Of a DNA stretch of 64,000 nucleotides, positions 37,331 through 52,500 are shown in pieces. The notes beneath the pieces are model-generated. The model saw only the letters and a program-made list of their open reading frames with translations, was not told where the DNA came from and did not search any database. The DNA is from Ginglymostoma cirratum. Lineage: Eukaryota. Positions within the stretch are counted from its first letter, which is position 1, and every line of letters starts with the position of its first letter. The DNA lies in the NCBI GenBank assembly GCA_024137785.1, contig JAHRHZ010000031.1:13343992-13407991 (forward strand), written 5' to 3'. A program made the position numbers and the translations under genes.

Positions 37331-40300
37331 AGTCAGTGAGGACAGTAAGTCTAGGCTGACACTTGAGTGCAGATTGAAAGGTGGTCTTTGAGACGAACTG
37401 TTAAGTCAAGATCCTGTCCAACTATTCAAGGCAACTTCCACGATACAATTTAAAAAGAGTAAGGACTGCTCCCAGTTGCATCGTCAGCATTTATATCTCA
37501 ACCAAAGTCTCCCAACATGTTAACTGATTATTTGTAATTTTGCTATTTGTTGGACCTTGGAAATAAATAGTCTGCTTTTTCTGATTCCATAACACAACAG
37601 TGATGGCACTTGCACGGAAGTCACTGGCTGAGTCAGAGCATCCTGAGGGTCTGAAATACGAATCTGAGATTTTATAATCGTTTTCTTTGAGATCTTCTCT
37701 TAAAACGATCAAAATTGAGTGAACAATGTCTACTAAATGCCTTTTAAACGTAGCAAGTGAGAATTTAGTTGTTGATCTGTTTTCTTGGGTTTATGGGTAT
37801 TTGATTATTAGTATGCTGGCATTTAATTTTGACAATTATAATCAGTGGGATTTAATTATGATTAGCATAGTATCACACAAAATTGCAGTAATGCAGTCTT
37901 TTGAAATATGATTATGCACTGTTTTTCATATTGACGGAGGGGTTTCTTATGTTATTGATTGAAAGTCGATGAATTTAGGTCAAAGTGTGCAAACTAATGC
38001 AACTATTTGCTACCAGAGGCTGATTTTGAGAAAATTGAACATTACCAGTTTTTATGACCATAAGGACAGAACATCAATATGTACAGTATTAAACTATCTT
38101 CAGTGTTCCAATTTTATTCTGTTCAGGTGTGACCTGTATGTTTTGTCAGCTTTTACTATAACATGTAAGTAAATTATAATCCATAAATATTTCTTGTGTT
38201 AGCTGCTAAAGTATCACTTGGCATGCGACATGTGTTCAGGCTTTTGTTTCCAACTTCTGTTTAATAGGACTAGTTTTAGTTTCTTTCGCCCAAATGCCCT
38301 AAATAATGTAATGATTGTCTCTTATTTGGATAAATGAGATTTACTTTGACTTTTAATTGGTCCAGCATTGTCTGTCTTTGCGGAAATCTGACTGATCCAC
38401 TTGAGAAATATTCTTTTTATTATGTTGACTCATCGTTATGTTCCACCGGAGGTAAATGTAAATTGAGTATGAATATGTCACTGGAAGCATAAAAATACTG
38501 TATAGTCCAACATAGTTCAGCACAAGCAAGTCATTGTTGGTGTTTAAGCTCCACGTGTCTTCTCTCACCCTTTCATCTCATGCTTTCAACAAAACCTTCC
38601 AGTCCTTTTTTCCCTTAAGCACTTTGCTAGCTTCTGCTCAACTTAAATGCATCTCTACTGCTCAGACCCATGTCCTCGTATAATAGAAACCCGCAATTCA
38701 ACCTTCTAATATCTTTTGTAGGCAAATTTTCTCCTGTTATTGCACTTGCATTTCTTCTATCTCTTTATTCACAGTTTGAATCAGTGTTGTTTATTGTACT
38801 GAGAGAGCTATATTAATGATTATATTTGGTTAAAGCTTTGAAGCAAAATGCAAACAAAGCAGTTAATCAGACCTGATTCTCTAATAAGGCTCAATACGTA
38901 AGTTTGATGTCAGATGTGTGAAGGATGTGTGCCATATGTAGATGTTGGATCTTTTGTATTTTCGGTATCTTTGACAACCTCAGCATGTCTGAAGTGATGT
39001 TACAACTTGGAGAAAGGTGAGAACCATTTTGCACAAGATCCCACAAATATCATTGACAGAAATGACCAGGTCAATTTTAATGTTAGTTGAAGGGTAAACG
39101 TTGGTCAGTGTGCATCCAGTGATGTATAGGGTGTGAGACAAAGGAGGGATAGCATACTTTGAGCTTTGATGTGCTAGTTGTCCTAATTTTAGTCAATGCA
39201 CAGTAGCAATAGGAAGAGAGCCAATTATAAAGTCTTTCCCTGTTTAGTAAATAACCTCTGTGTCAGCAGCTGTGTCTTCTCCTGACATTACAGAGAAATT
39301 GGATCTCTTGTGGCCCCAGGCTAAAGCTCAAGAGGAACTCCAAACGTTTGGCCCCAGTTTATAATGTCCAAGCTACAGATATGTGAACACACCTTGGCAT
39401 TCGTGAACCAGAGTTTGTCAGCCTTCTGGAAGCTTGGAGAGAGTTGAGGGCTAAAGGAGTAGACTTGGACACCAAATCTGAGTGCTGTCTCCACTGGTGA
39501 CAGGGTCCATTATGTCCCACTGGTCAGCCATTGTCCAACTCAAATTGGGCAGTGTCAGACTAGTAGGGCACTGACAAAGTGTGGCCCATCTGCTTCAGTA
39601 GGTGTTTGGAGCTTAGACTTTCTACTCAACAAGTGAATCAAATCCATAGCACTGGACCAATAAAAAGAAAGACAATGCCAAATCTTGGTTAGGAGCATTT
39701 GCACAGGCTTGACGGTCAGTATGCAGCTGGTCAATAATGTGTGCAAAATAGCTGTGATTGATATGGGACTTGTTAGTCTGAAAAATCTAAATGTTTCTTG
39801 GCTAACACACTTTGATGGAACCTGTTGTGAAAGCCAAGCAATACACTCCCAATTAATTGAGAGATCCATGCAAGATGACTCTGTGTTAGGCCACTTAAAG
39901 TAAAGTGAACAGACTATTAAGCGGTGCCCCAAGAATGCTGGTTAAAACGTTGCCAGAATAACCAGGTACCTTTCAACCCAGGAAATGTCTGAAGAAATCA
40001 AAGTTAACAGGTTCATCAGCAAAGAAAATGACTATCAAAAATAAAGATAAGGGGAGGCTGTCACCAAATGCCATAAACGGTTGGAAGGATGGTGGAACAC
40101 TACCTTGAGTTTTACTTTTTGTGAACTCCTTCAAGGAAGCTCTAGACTCTACATAAAGCATGTCATGGCACAGCTGGGTACCAAATTCTCAGTGGAGGTG
40201 CTTAGCAAAGCTACTGACCTTGCTGTGGGCAAAGGCCCAGGTGTGAATATAATACTGCCTGAACTTATCATGCAAGGGAAACCTGCACAAACCTCTGTCT

Positions 40301-41254
40301 CTAGAGGGAGGAGGCCATATCCTAAATATTTCGCAAGGATTGTGACACTGAAAAGGAACAAGGGTGACTGTAGTGTCTGTGACAAACTATTGAAGCATCT
40401 CCTTCCTGATCAGCGTGAAGAAGATTTGTTCATGTTGTCCTTGTTTGACTGCACACCCTTTACTTACAGAACTGGAAAGGCTACAATTTACATGATTTTC
40501 TCAGTCCAACAGCTGCAAAAGAAATGCTGTGAACAATGGAGGTGCCACTACATGCTATGATTAAGTAACAGTGCTTAATTTGTACTCCTTGACTACATCT
40601 GGTTGGTGAGCAGTTACTGATCTTTGTTACTGGATACAAATTATTGAGCTTGGACAGTAGAATGCAGCACAGTGCATTGGTATAATGGGTGAGCTCTACG
40701 TTTTATGTCTATGCTCAATCCTTGTTATCTGTGAGGGATGGGCCAAGGACTTCCTGTGGTTAACAAAAAACACGATACCACTCATATGTACCCCTCCTAT
40801 ATACCATGAAGGACTGCAATTAGTTTGCCAAGACAGACTGAACTAGACAATACGGTCAAAGGAGAATGGGTTCTAGATCCAACCTTCTGAGTCTGCGGAT
40901 TCATGGGTAACAACTTAGTGGATAATGAGGATTAAGTATACAAGATTGTACAAAGTTTGAGATTCAGTTATAGGGCTGTTGTGTTTGTGATGTAAACCTG
41001 GTATTCTGCTTTTAAATGACAGCTCCACTGTCATGATGTTATAAAACTGGGTGGTCAAGTTTCCTGTTTTATATGGTCCACATTGGTATCTGGCTTACTT
41101 GGACGGTTAAAATCCTATAAAATTCCATGCTCCCATATACATGTTTTCACTCCTAATAGGTGGTGGCGATAAAGCGACAGTTCTGATTAAATCCATTCCA
41201 ATAAATCCTTTCCAGATCTCTGACCCACAAAATGGAAACATCATAGGTAATAAA

Positions 41255-41950
41255 TAACCTTGGAGTGTAGGTTCACAGTTCCTTGAAAGTTGAGTCGCAG
41301 GTAGAGAGGGTAGTGAAGAAGGCATTTGGTACGCTTGCCTTTATTGGACAGTGCATTGGGTATAGGAGTTGGGAAGTCATGTTGCGGCTGTACAAGGTTT
41401 TGGTTAGGCCACTTTTGGAATACTGTGTGCAATTCGGGTCACCCTGCTACAGGAAAGATGTTGTGAAACTTGAAAGGATTCAGAAAAGATTTACAAGGAT
41501 GTTGCCAGGGTTGAAGTGTTTGAGCTATCGGGAGAGGCTGAATAGGCTGGGGCTATTTTCCTTGGAACTTCGAAGGCTAAGGGGTGACCTTGGAGGTTTA
41601 TAAAATTGAGGGATACGGATAGGGTAAATAGACAAGGTCGTTTCCCCGGGGTTGGGGAGGTCAAAGCTGGGAGGCATAGGTTTAAGGTGAGAAGGGAAAG
41701 GTGTAAAAGGGACCTAAGGGGCAACTTTTACAGTGTGGTACGTGTATGGAATGAGCTGCCAAAGGAAGTGGTGGAGGCTGGTTCAATTGCAACATTTAAA
41801 ATGCATCTGGATGGGTCCATGGAAAGGAAGAGTTTAGAGGGATAAGGGCCAAATGCTGGCAAATGGGACTAGATTTAGCTAGGATAGCTGGTCAGCATGG
41901 GCGAGTTAGACCAATGGCTCTCTCGCCAGGCTGATCTCATTGACTCTAAG
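41255..41950 (+). mobile_element. CR1 LINE, 5'-truncated
   Basis: ORF 41283-41603 LYKVLVRPLLEYCVQFGSPCYRKDVVKLERIQKRFTRMLPG...RRLRGDL. Confidence 0.92.
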
Positions 41951-42784
41951 TATCATAAATAGGACAGATTGACTGGGCTGAGGTAATTCAAAGATTATGG
42001 TTTACATATCTCTGCAAATCTGTGACTGACATCAACCTACATCTTATATTGGCTAGCTTCTGTCATGTACTGGGTAGTGTGCATGTTTTACATGGATATG
42101 AATAGTAAAGATTAGGTTCCAGAACTGAATTTTTCTGGATTTTTTTTTTGAGCCAAATTAGAATGATTGAATGCATGTAAAACTGATCAGTGATTTGTTA
42201 AGTTGAAACTCGTGAAAAGGGAAAATTCTGACCGAATACCGATTATGAATTTGTTCCATTTACTGTGTAACGATTCAACCACATGTAATTAAAACCAAGC
42301 TTTGTAAATTTTGGAGAGCGCTGCAAAATTTCACCAAAAGAAGTTGACTGAGAGATTTGATTTCTCCAGCTTTTTGTGGTTTTGTTTTGTTTTCGCTGAA
42401 AAGAAACTTGCAGCTTGAGAGGTACAGTGGAGGCATAAGTTCATGGTGGGAATGTTCAAATCTGACCTTTGAAGGATACTCTGACTTTGGTTACTTCTGA
42501 CAGCATACATACTTTTTTATTCTAATTCTACCATGATGCATGAACAACTTACATTTTTATTCTTCAGTTATTGCTGCTTTGGTTGTCAGCTTATGACAGG
42601 AGTCATTGATTTGTGATATTTATGTAAACATAAATTAGTCTGTATATAACACTATTATAACATAAGCCTCTGATGTTCAAAGTGTAAAATAGGCCTGCAT
42701 CAAACCAGGACTGGAGAAAGGTGAATGATGCGAAGAGTCAAATCATTTGATTACCCACATTTATAGTGTGGAAAACAAGGGAAC

Positions 42785-43045
42785 ATGGTGGAGTAGTGGT
42801 AGTATCATTGGACTGGTAATGTCATTACCCTCGGACAATGTTCTGGAGACATATGTTCAAATCTTACTGAAGAAATGTAATGAAATCTGCATTCAGTAAC
42901 ATCTGGAAAAAAAGATTTAATTTGAGTGTAAAAAGGACAAATGATTCACTAATGTACTTTTGGCTTTTGAGGCTAATAGACCTAGCAGTTCAAAAGCAAT
43001 TAGGGATGGGCATCAAATACTGGCAGTGCCCACATTCCATAATAG
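42785..43045 (+). mobile_element. tRNA-derived SINE (same family as 12283)
   Basis: ggtggagtagtggtagtatcattggactggtaat...gcaattagggatgggcatcaaatactggcagtgcccacattccat. Confidence 0.75.
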
Positions 43046-43869
43046 GATGTTGAAAAATTCATAGAAATCTGTCGCCTCTGTTTGGGCATGCTGAGTTGGT
43101 CAACTGGAAATATTTGTTGGCAAGGCCCCATTTAGTTTGAGCTAATGTTTCACTGTTAATGAAATTCTCCCTGGGATTGTTGCTTTTGTGAATGTTGCAT
43201 TGCTATTTCTGCAGAACATTGATGCAGCATCATAGAATTATTACAGTACAGAGAAGGCTATTTAACCCATCGTGTCATTGGTCATCCTCCTAAAGAGCAG
43301 TTAACCTACAAGTGTTACCCTGCGCGTGCTCATTTTCAGACATTTAGAAAGAATAGAAATATACAGGAGGAACTTTATTTTTTCTTCCTTTTTGTTGATT
43401 ATTAATTCTATAACTGCAACAGGAAAAATATAAGACAGAAAAGAAAACAGTCTTCCCAAAATAGCATTCCTTCTTTGAAAGTCATTGAGTTTTGTGGTAT
43501 CATTACAACGATGCCATGTCCCTTCCATTCTGTAACTGAACTCAAACTTTGTGTGTGTGTGTGTTTGTAACTTAAATCTCCAAACTCTGTTCCCTAGCTA
43601 TAGACTCCATTAATTTTCCAGGCAATAATCTGACCCTAAATCAGTTTGTTTGTATCTTTAGTGTCATATTTCATTTCCCGGTGAGCTTTTGATCTTCTAT
43701 CTGTTCTACAATTAAATCTATAACATGGCCTGATTTGTGTTCTGTTTCAACATGTCTGCAACTGACAGTTTGATTCATGCCTTTATTACTTCTCTCTGCT
43801 ATTCCAATGCACGTCTGGCTGATCTTCCACTTTTTACCATTTACAGATTTGAAGTTATGTAAAACTGTA

Positions 43870-44345
43870 CTGGCCATGTCTTAACTCGCAGCAAGTCCCA
43901 TTCCCCTATTACCCTTGTGCTCACTGACATACATTTGATCATGATCAAGTGATGACTTGGCTTTAAAATGCTATCTTTACTTCCAAATCCCTTTTTGTGG
44001 TCATTCCTCTGCCTGTCTCTGTACTCTTGCCCCCGCTTCTCCCCCCACCAGCTTCTCAGCCCTCTAAGATATCTGCACTCAATTCTAGCTTCTTCTCCAT
44101 CTCCAATTTTAATTACTGCACCTTCAGTTGTTTGACTTCAAGCTCTGGAATACCCCGCTGACACCTTTTGGCCTCTGTACTTTACTTTCCACCTTGAAGA
44201 TACTCCTTAAAACGTACCTCCTTCAGCAAGCTCCAGGCCATTTTAGCTAAAACCTCTTTGTGGGCCTCGACATCACACTTGGTTTTGTAATCCTCCTGTG
44301 AAGTGCTTTGGGATACTTCCTTTTGCTAAAGGTACTGTAGATGGT
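43870..44345 (+). mobile_element. L2-like LINE 3' fragment
   Basis: cttaactcgcagcaagtcccattcccctattacccttgtgctcactgac..., homologous to 3945-4370. Confidence 0.7.
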
Positions 44346-46095
44346 AATTGATTATAATTGGGTTTGGAGCACCTGACTGTATTCCCTCCCCTGTCCGTTT
44401 CTCTTAGTTGGATTAAGTGTACTTACACCTGAGAATTTGAGTTCCTGAATAAGTCATTTTTACTGCACTGAATCTATTTAATGAACTTGTAATTGCTGAG
44501 TGGCTTTCTGTTGGTTTTTGTTTTTGAAAAATGTACTAATGTTGAAAAGTGCATTATAGATTTTTAAAATCGTCTTGGTTTAGTGACCAAGTCATGCAAA
44601 AGTCCTTCGACTCCACTTTTTATTTCTTTTCCACCAGAGCAAAAGTGCTGTATAAGTTAATATATGCTTTGATGTGTAATGAAGAATCCTAAGTCACTGG
44701 AAAATCTTAACAGAAGTTCTGTCAGATTGCTTCATATTGTATATTCAACATAACATTTATTATATCCCATTCATAGAATGCTGGGAAACATTCAACAGCT
44801 GGGAAACTTCACAGTAGCTGTTAGAGCTAAGTTACTTTATTCAAAAGATGTGAACTTCAGCTGTTTGGTGTTCCTTTTGAGGCAGTTTTAGTATTAGGCA
44901 GAGTTGTAACTTTTTTTTCAGCCCTGGCATGTACTTGCAGTGAAGATATTCCTCGTCCTTACAACATTTTGTAATGTTAACAAAATCACAAAGTGCAGAA
45001 GGATCCCATCTTTGAGCATTAAATTCAGGTTGTTTATTCTGATCTAGATATCTGTTAGCATAAACATCTCAAATGGCAGTAGTTATGTAACAAGCTATTT
45101 TGTTTATAGGTAGCATTATCATCCCCACAGAGACCAATTCATTTATTAAAAGCTGTTTAAATGCCAGGGGATCAATTCAAGGATCTCGCAAAAATTCTGC
45201 ATTATGAAAATGGGAAGTAGTTTGTTGTCCCCTCCCTCAGTATCTAAAGAGTTTGTGGTATTGTGTCTGGAGCTGTCACAAATTGGGGAATCTTGCCCGG
45301 GTCTGATTTTTAACTAATGCATAAAACAACAGAAAATACTCTCACCCGTCCTCTACTTGCTTCCTAACACATCAAAACTACTACCCCAGCTCCTCCCCAA
45401 AACTGCCTTCATACTGTGCGTTCCACAGAATTGAGCTCTTTGCAGGATTCAGTGTAAAGTTACTCCTAGCTTCCAAGAGGTTTCCTTCTCCTTGTTTCAC
45501 TGAGTTGTAAGGACAAGCATTCGCTGAAAATTGATTCAGTTGGTCTTCTGGGAATCCTTGAAATGACTTCCAGCAGCAAGATCAACTCCAGTGATGAAGA
45601 TTCCGGGCAAAGTTTCCAGCGTCCTTAAATTTGTGCGTATAGCAGCTCTTTGACTTAAACATGCTCCTGCCAGCATTCTGTCTGGCCAACAGAGGAATTT
45701 TTTTCCATTCTGTTTGCATTGGCTGCTGTTTCACTTTCTTTCATTGCATATCCACAAATTTAAGGATGCTGGAAACTTTGACTGAAATCTTCATCTCTGC
45801 AGTTGATCTTGCTGCTGGAAGTCATTTCAAAGATTCCCAGAAGACCAACTGAATCAGGTGTGAAAACTGACATTTGGGTTTTAATAGGATGTGACCGGAG
45901 TACCAGTTCCCAGGGCAGCCAGATCACATTGGTATAACACTTAGCACAAATTGTAGGAAGTCACCTGCTCTACTTTACCTTGTTTAAACTGCCTTTTTTA
46001 ATCCAAATATCTGACAAAACATTCAAGACTCAGCAGCACTTACCTGGAATATGAATAGTGTTTTTAATCTCTCTGGATCTTTCCAAAAGTAATGA

Positions 46096-46368
<273 letters not shown>

Positions 46369-46580
46369 TGATGCATAGTGTGATACATAGAACAAATGTG
46401 TAACCAAACAATAGCAGGCTCAGTTCAGATAGTTGTGATTTGTTTCATTTATGTGTGGGTAAAAGTTTGGCTGTGTGAGGTATAATTGAAAAAAATGTTG
46501 TGGGGGAGAAATCCTAATTCCATTAACTGCACAGGTAATGTTTTTGATCTGGCAACTGATGAATGACAATTCCTGGACTA

Positions 46581-46583
<3 letters not shown>

Positions 46584-46612
<29 letters not shown>
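46584..46612 (+). repeat. Poly(A) run of ~29 nt
   Basis: Homopolymer. Confidence 0.9.
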
Positions 46613-46616
<4 letters not shown>

Positions 46617-46867
46617 GGGATATTCTGTTGAGATTTGCCTCTTTTTCATCAAGATGATTGTTTTAAAACAGTGGCTTATGAAAAAGAACATTTCCAAAGC
46701 ATGTTTTTGTAATACAGTTTAGAATTTTGTGAAAATTGCAGTACAGAAGAGACCATTTTGGCCCATCATTTCTGCAGAAACTGAAAAATGGGTCACCCAG
46801 CCTAATCCCACTTTCACATTTGGTCTGCAGCCAGACACTTACCACAGTTAAGGTTCATATCTAGGCA

Positions 46868-47070
46868 TAGTAGGAACTGCAGATGCTGAAGAATCTGCGA
46901 TAACAAGGTGTAGAGCTGGATGAACACAGCAGGTCGAGGAGCAGGAAAGCTGACGTTTTGGGCCTAGACCCTTTCTGAAGAAGATTCTAGGCCCCAAACG
47001 TCAGCTTTCCTGCTCCTCTGATGCTGCTTGACCTGCTGTGTTCGTCCAGCTCTACACCTTGTTATCTCAG
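46868..47070. mobile_element. Palindromic Penelope-derived insertion nested in an old CR1 fragment
   Basis: Two inverted arms; 9-bp TSD ATCTAGGCA (46859-46867, 47071-47079). Confidence 0.88.
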
Positions 47071-49254
47071 ATCTAGGCAGTTGTTTTTAAAAAGGTCGAG
47101 GGTTTCCACACCTATTGCTGTTTTTAAGCAATGAGTTCTAGACCCCAACCACCCTCTAGAAGAAAAACAGTTATTACTCCAGTTGTTACAACTGCTAGTA
47201 TCCCTGTGATATTTTTAGCTATCAGTTTAAATCTATGCCCCTTGGTCACTAACATCTATGTTAAGATAAATATGCCCAGCTGGGCCTCTGTCTTGCACAC
47301 CACAAAGCTCTCCTTAGGCTCCTTTGCTCCTACGAGGGCAACCCAATGTATCCAATCTTTGTTCGGTTGTAGTTTCCCAATCCAGACTACATCCTTCTGG
47401 TTCACATCTGCATTTTCTGTAATGTAATAACATCCTTTCTACGATGCGGTGATCAGAACTGTGCACAGTACTCGTGCTGTAGCTGAACTAATAATGTATA
47501 CAGTTCCTTCAAAATCTGTTTCCTGTTTCTGCATTCAATGTATAGGTTAAGAATGGGAAAAAAAAAAGTCCACGCGTTCTGAACCATTTTATCGATCTGC
47601 TCATCTGATTGTAGATGAGGTTACACTCCTGCCTAAACCCTTTCACCCCTTACCAAGAACTTCTTGTCTGTCTTAATCAAGTCATCAGTTAGTCTACTAA
47701 ACTCCAGTGGATACAAGCCTAGACTTTTCAAACTTTTCTTCAAAAGATAACATGCCCCTTTCAAATATTAGTCAAGTAAACCTCTGAACTGCTTCCAACA
47801 CAACTCCATTCTTCCTTTAAATAAAGAATTAAAAAAATACAATACGACTGTACCCCCCAAATGTGGTCTCAGCAATGCCTTGTGATACTGGAGTATGACC
47901 ATACTACGTGACTATCTTCATATTACAAAGATATTACTATCTTGGGTAGTCTGTGCTTTTCATCTCAAACTTCGTTCTCCTTTTAGGATATCTGATCATT
48001 GCTCTTTTGTCAACGTGTTCCAGTTTGTTTTTATACTGCCAATATTAAAGTTACTATTTGCGCATTACCTGTTTTGTTTTTTTCTACAAGTTGGAAACGG
48101 TCTGTTCAGATAGATACAGATATACGTACCAGAGCACTGTTGGCTAATTTGCTAGACATGGTTTTCACATTCATTTTTATGTAGCATCAGTTGCTGTCAT
48201 TATATTTCTGACCTTGGTCTGCTCCACTTATTGACATAAGTGAACCAATATTTGCATGTCTTGCATCCTGTTGTTCAAATGCACTTACACTATTTGATTG
48301 CATGGTAACCCGATGCACCTATTCAGTGGTAACTGCTTGTAGAAGTTGGAAGGATGGGAGCGATTGAGGATATGAGTCTTTACTGGAAACCGGATTTGAA
48401 GTTCATGAATAGGAAAACTTTTCTTTCAGAAGCAAGTTAGAAACTGTATAAAGTATGAAGGCTCTCCTTCACTCCGAGTGAGGAGACAATAATTAGCTTA
48501 ACTCGACAGATGGACTGTGAAAGATTCTTTGAAGATCATCTCAATATTGAGAAATAGGTATAACATGAGTAATAGCCACTGACTTTTGTGAAAAGTAAAA
48601 GGCTGTTAGATCTAGACCTTCACCTCAGGAATCTTAAGACAACCTGACTGATGTGATTTTTTTTTTTTTCCGGCTGTTCTGATGCTACGTGAAATGAGTT
48701 TTGAAAGTCACAATCTAGCAGTTACATATTCTGCTAATTGTCCGTTTTAAGAACCATGGAAATATTTAGCAACATCTCTCCAACCACTTCATGCTTCACT
48801 GTGACCTTTAGCTTCAAAATCTTTGACCAGTTCTGTGTCTCTTCCAAGTCTGATGTGAAGTTTGCTTGCAGGACATTTGACTTCAGGTAAATTTCTACGA
48901 CAAATATTTTCCTCTGTGTAGTTAGACCATATTTTTAAAAATAGTTGTCTACAAATTAGCGTTGGATCGTTTGAGCTGTCAAAGTCAACATCCTCTATAT
49001 CTGTGTCAAGATTACCCACTTTTGAGCAGAACTGTTTGGATGAAACAAAGTAGCTATTTGCTTGATTTTGCATTAGTCAGTGAGGTGGTACCATAAACTT
49101 TTGATAGTAGTAATTTGTTTTATCAAATCTTGGTGATACCCTCTTGACCCACACCTTTCCACCCCTGTCCATAAGGGGTAAATTGCTTTTAAACTTGAAT
49201 GATATTTATTGAACTAACTGGAAACTGCACAGAAGTTAATTCTGTTCCAGTTCA

Positions 49255-49525
49255 AAACTAGCAGGCATGTTTTTAAGGTGAGATGAGAAGGATTTAAAAC
49301 GGACCTGAGGGGCAACTTTTTCCACACACCGTGTTTCATGTGTGGAATGAACTGGCAGAAGAAGTGATAGACGCAGATACGGTTATGACATTTAAAAGAC
49401 ATTTGGGGATAAGTATATAAATAGGAAACGTTTGGAGGGACATAGGCCAAGTGCAGGTAAGTGGGACAAGTTTAACTTAGGAAACTTGGTTGGCATGGAT
49501 GAATTGGACCGAAGAGTCTGTTTAT
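49255..49525 (+). mobile_element. CR1 3' fragment
   Basis: Homologous to 29510-29800 and 41660-41950. Confidence 0.8.
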
Positions 49526-52500
49526 AGTTCATCTTTAAAAGGATTTAAGAGTTACCCAACTAGCTGAGATTACTTCTGTTTTACTGAGGTGTCTCAGTGG
49601 ATTTCAAGTCTGTCTGAAGCTGAAATTGCTCGATATGTTGCCAGCCATCTTAAAATCTGGTGAGTCCGTCTGAAAAATAGATTTTAAATTTGTGTACCTT
49701 TTGTCTGTACTGGGCACAATGTTATTGGTGTGTATGTAACAAATGCTTCAATATATAGCTAGTAAATTTTTAATTAAGTAGCCAAAGTTTCAGAATTTAT
49801 TTCATGAGCCGATGGGTAGCGCCGCACTCTCAGTTGGAGTGGCACTTTTTAAACAAAGGGTCCATTTACAGATTGCAGACTAATTATCTGATTTGTTTTT
49901 TGAGAGGTGATGCCATCATTTTAATATAACTAGCAAAGATGTTCTTGTTTGGGTTGATGGCTATTGATTTATGTCCTTAAAAATATGGTAAATCTAGAGT
50001 ATGAAAAATTAACCTAGTCGATATTTTAAAATCACCTACTACATTAATGCCTAATGCAAAAAACATTAATTATTGGTAATGACAATTTTATGCAGGTTAA
50101 TTTTTGCATTGTGTTTATCTGTTACAATTGACATCAGAAAGTTAGTGTTTTGATTTATGCATTTCACTGTCAAACATTTTGACCTAAAATAATTTGAAGT
50201 GCACCGTCAATCTCAAATAATAATCTTTGCATTGCAATAGGGTTTGTGTTTTTTTTAAACTTTAGACAATCAGATTTCTCTTTTGCGCGATTTGCTTGAC
50301 TCATTGTGACAGCATGCGTGCATCTGTAGAATTCTTTACCTCAGAGGGCTGTCAAGACTGAGTCATAAGTATATTCAAGGCTGATATAGATCTTTAATTA
50401 GTGAGTGAATCAAGGGTGAAAGAGAAAGGCAGGAAAGTGGAGTTGAGGATTATCCAATCAGACATGATCTCATTGCATGGTGGAGCAGAGTTGATGAACT
50501 GAATGGCCTACATCTCTGGTATCTTATGGACGTTTCTCCTAATTATGCAAGTAAATGTTAATAATCTGATAACTGCAATAATCTTTAACATACTTGAACA
50601 ATTTGTTCCAATGATTGTCACTCGAGTGACACTGCTACGTCCAACTACCGTTTTAAAATTTGCTTCCATGGTTTGCACTTTTATGAATTCAGCTAACCAG
50701 CATTTACCAGATGCTCTCAACAGTTCTTGGGTTTTCAGAATAAAAAGATCTCATTTTTCAGTTAATTGAGTGGCTCAGATATCTGATTTTCTCCTGAAAT
50801 AGAATAAAATGGCCCTTTTTGAGATCAAATACAACTGGTCTGTTGTAATATTTAAAAAGAAAATTCAACTCATTTAATAGCCGTTGACAAAAAGCCTTTG
50901 TCTTATGCTTGTTAAAAAGACTAGGATATCCAAATGAGATGCAGGGTAAACTAATTTCACGTGTTTTTCAACAAATTGTCTGAGCTAAACAACAGGTTAG
51001 ATAGTGCTTCTATTTTCTTCAACTAAGTAGGTTATTTCCATTGTTGAAATAAATAGAAGTTAATGCTTGATTCTCTTTGAGAATCAAGCATGAGCTGCAG
51101 CACAAGGACTTCATACTAATATGTGAAAAGTACTTGAGGTCAATCTTTCTGGCTGCTTATTGCCATTTTTAAGCTTTACTCATGTTAACTGAATTGAGTC
51201 AAAATTAGCACAATTGCACTATAGTGTTACATTTATTAAGTTTGAATTATAGTATTTTAATTAGGATTTCAAAATTCCAAAGTACATTTCTAAATCTGTT
51301 CACTAAACTCTAAATTCAGTTCTAGTTCTAATTCAGTTCTGTTCTAAATTCAGTTCACTGAGCATGTTAGTTTCTTATTAGCATGCGTCAAACACAAGCG
51401 TTCCCACTTTTACACTAGCAGTGGTCATGTCTAATGTTCTCCTGGTGTCATGAGAATTACTGCAAAGTTGGACTTGAGGTTACTTAGACAGTTAAAGCCT
51501 TTATTGTGCATGTAACTGGTAAGTTTGACCTCAAAATGACCAATACTAATAGTCAAAATTAGGCAACATTCCATTTCCCCAATGCTATTGCACTTTCATT
51601 TGGAATTAATTCCCATAACAATGCATATTTCGCTCTCCGTCTATGTCAAGTAGGCTCATTGACAATGAGTTTGTGTTTTATATGGTATGTGATACGGGAA
51701 TGTATCTTGATTAGGATTTTCTTGTTAGTTTTTGAGTTCTGTTCTTGTAGGGTTGTGTCCCTTATTTGAAACTGACTTGTCAAAAATGCAGATACTTGGA
51801 AATATTAAAATGTATAATAAAAAAAATTGCACAATAAACCTATGTTGCTTCAATTGAAAGTCTTGAGTTCCAGTTTCCTGTTTGTTACCAATCTTCTCTA
51901 CATTTGCTTTCCTGTATAATGCAAAAGATTTTTCATGAGTTAGTCAAGTGAAGAAAGTTAAAACATTCCAAGAATAATACCCTGTTAATAGCTAGTGAAA
52001 CGAAGTCTCCACAGAATTGCAGCTTCAAGTTGGTTGTTCGTATCACAGCTTGCCAGTAAATGTTGATGACTGGAATTAGTTTGTTCTTCAGAACGTGAAA
52101 CTTTTTTATTTTGTTTTCGAGTCTGGAAGAATGATAAAATGGACCATGGTGAAAGTGACTCAGTTTGGGTTTTTAACCAGAAAGTAAGAGTCACCTGACC
52201 TGAAAGATCTGAGCCCTTGGCTACTACTGCAAAATGGGGACTATGTTAGCGTGCTGTATTTCGGAGTTAAACACTCAATCTGAGCGTTTCACTGCTGAGT
52301 TTACGACTTCAGTAATTTTCCTTAACCATTTCAGTTCAAGTAACTGTGCCTTCATGCCTTCTCAATCAACATAGGTCAGTATATTTTCAGTTCAACCCAT
52401 CAGTGATGATGCAAAATTTGCATTGTTACAAAGTACTTTTAGGTTAGATATCATTGACGGAATGACTTGGACGAGTGCATTCATGACCTGGGGTAGGATA

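Noticed and set aside
48091-48160. Possible duplicated or alternative PRPS2 exon 3 (ALLANLL vs KLVANML)
   Set aside because: Similarity limited to a few residues; weak donor; no other support
51311-51357. Short aattcagttct repeats
   Set aside because: Three-copy slippage repeat with no sign of function
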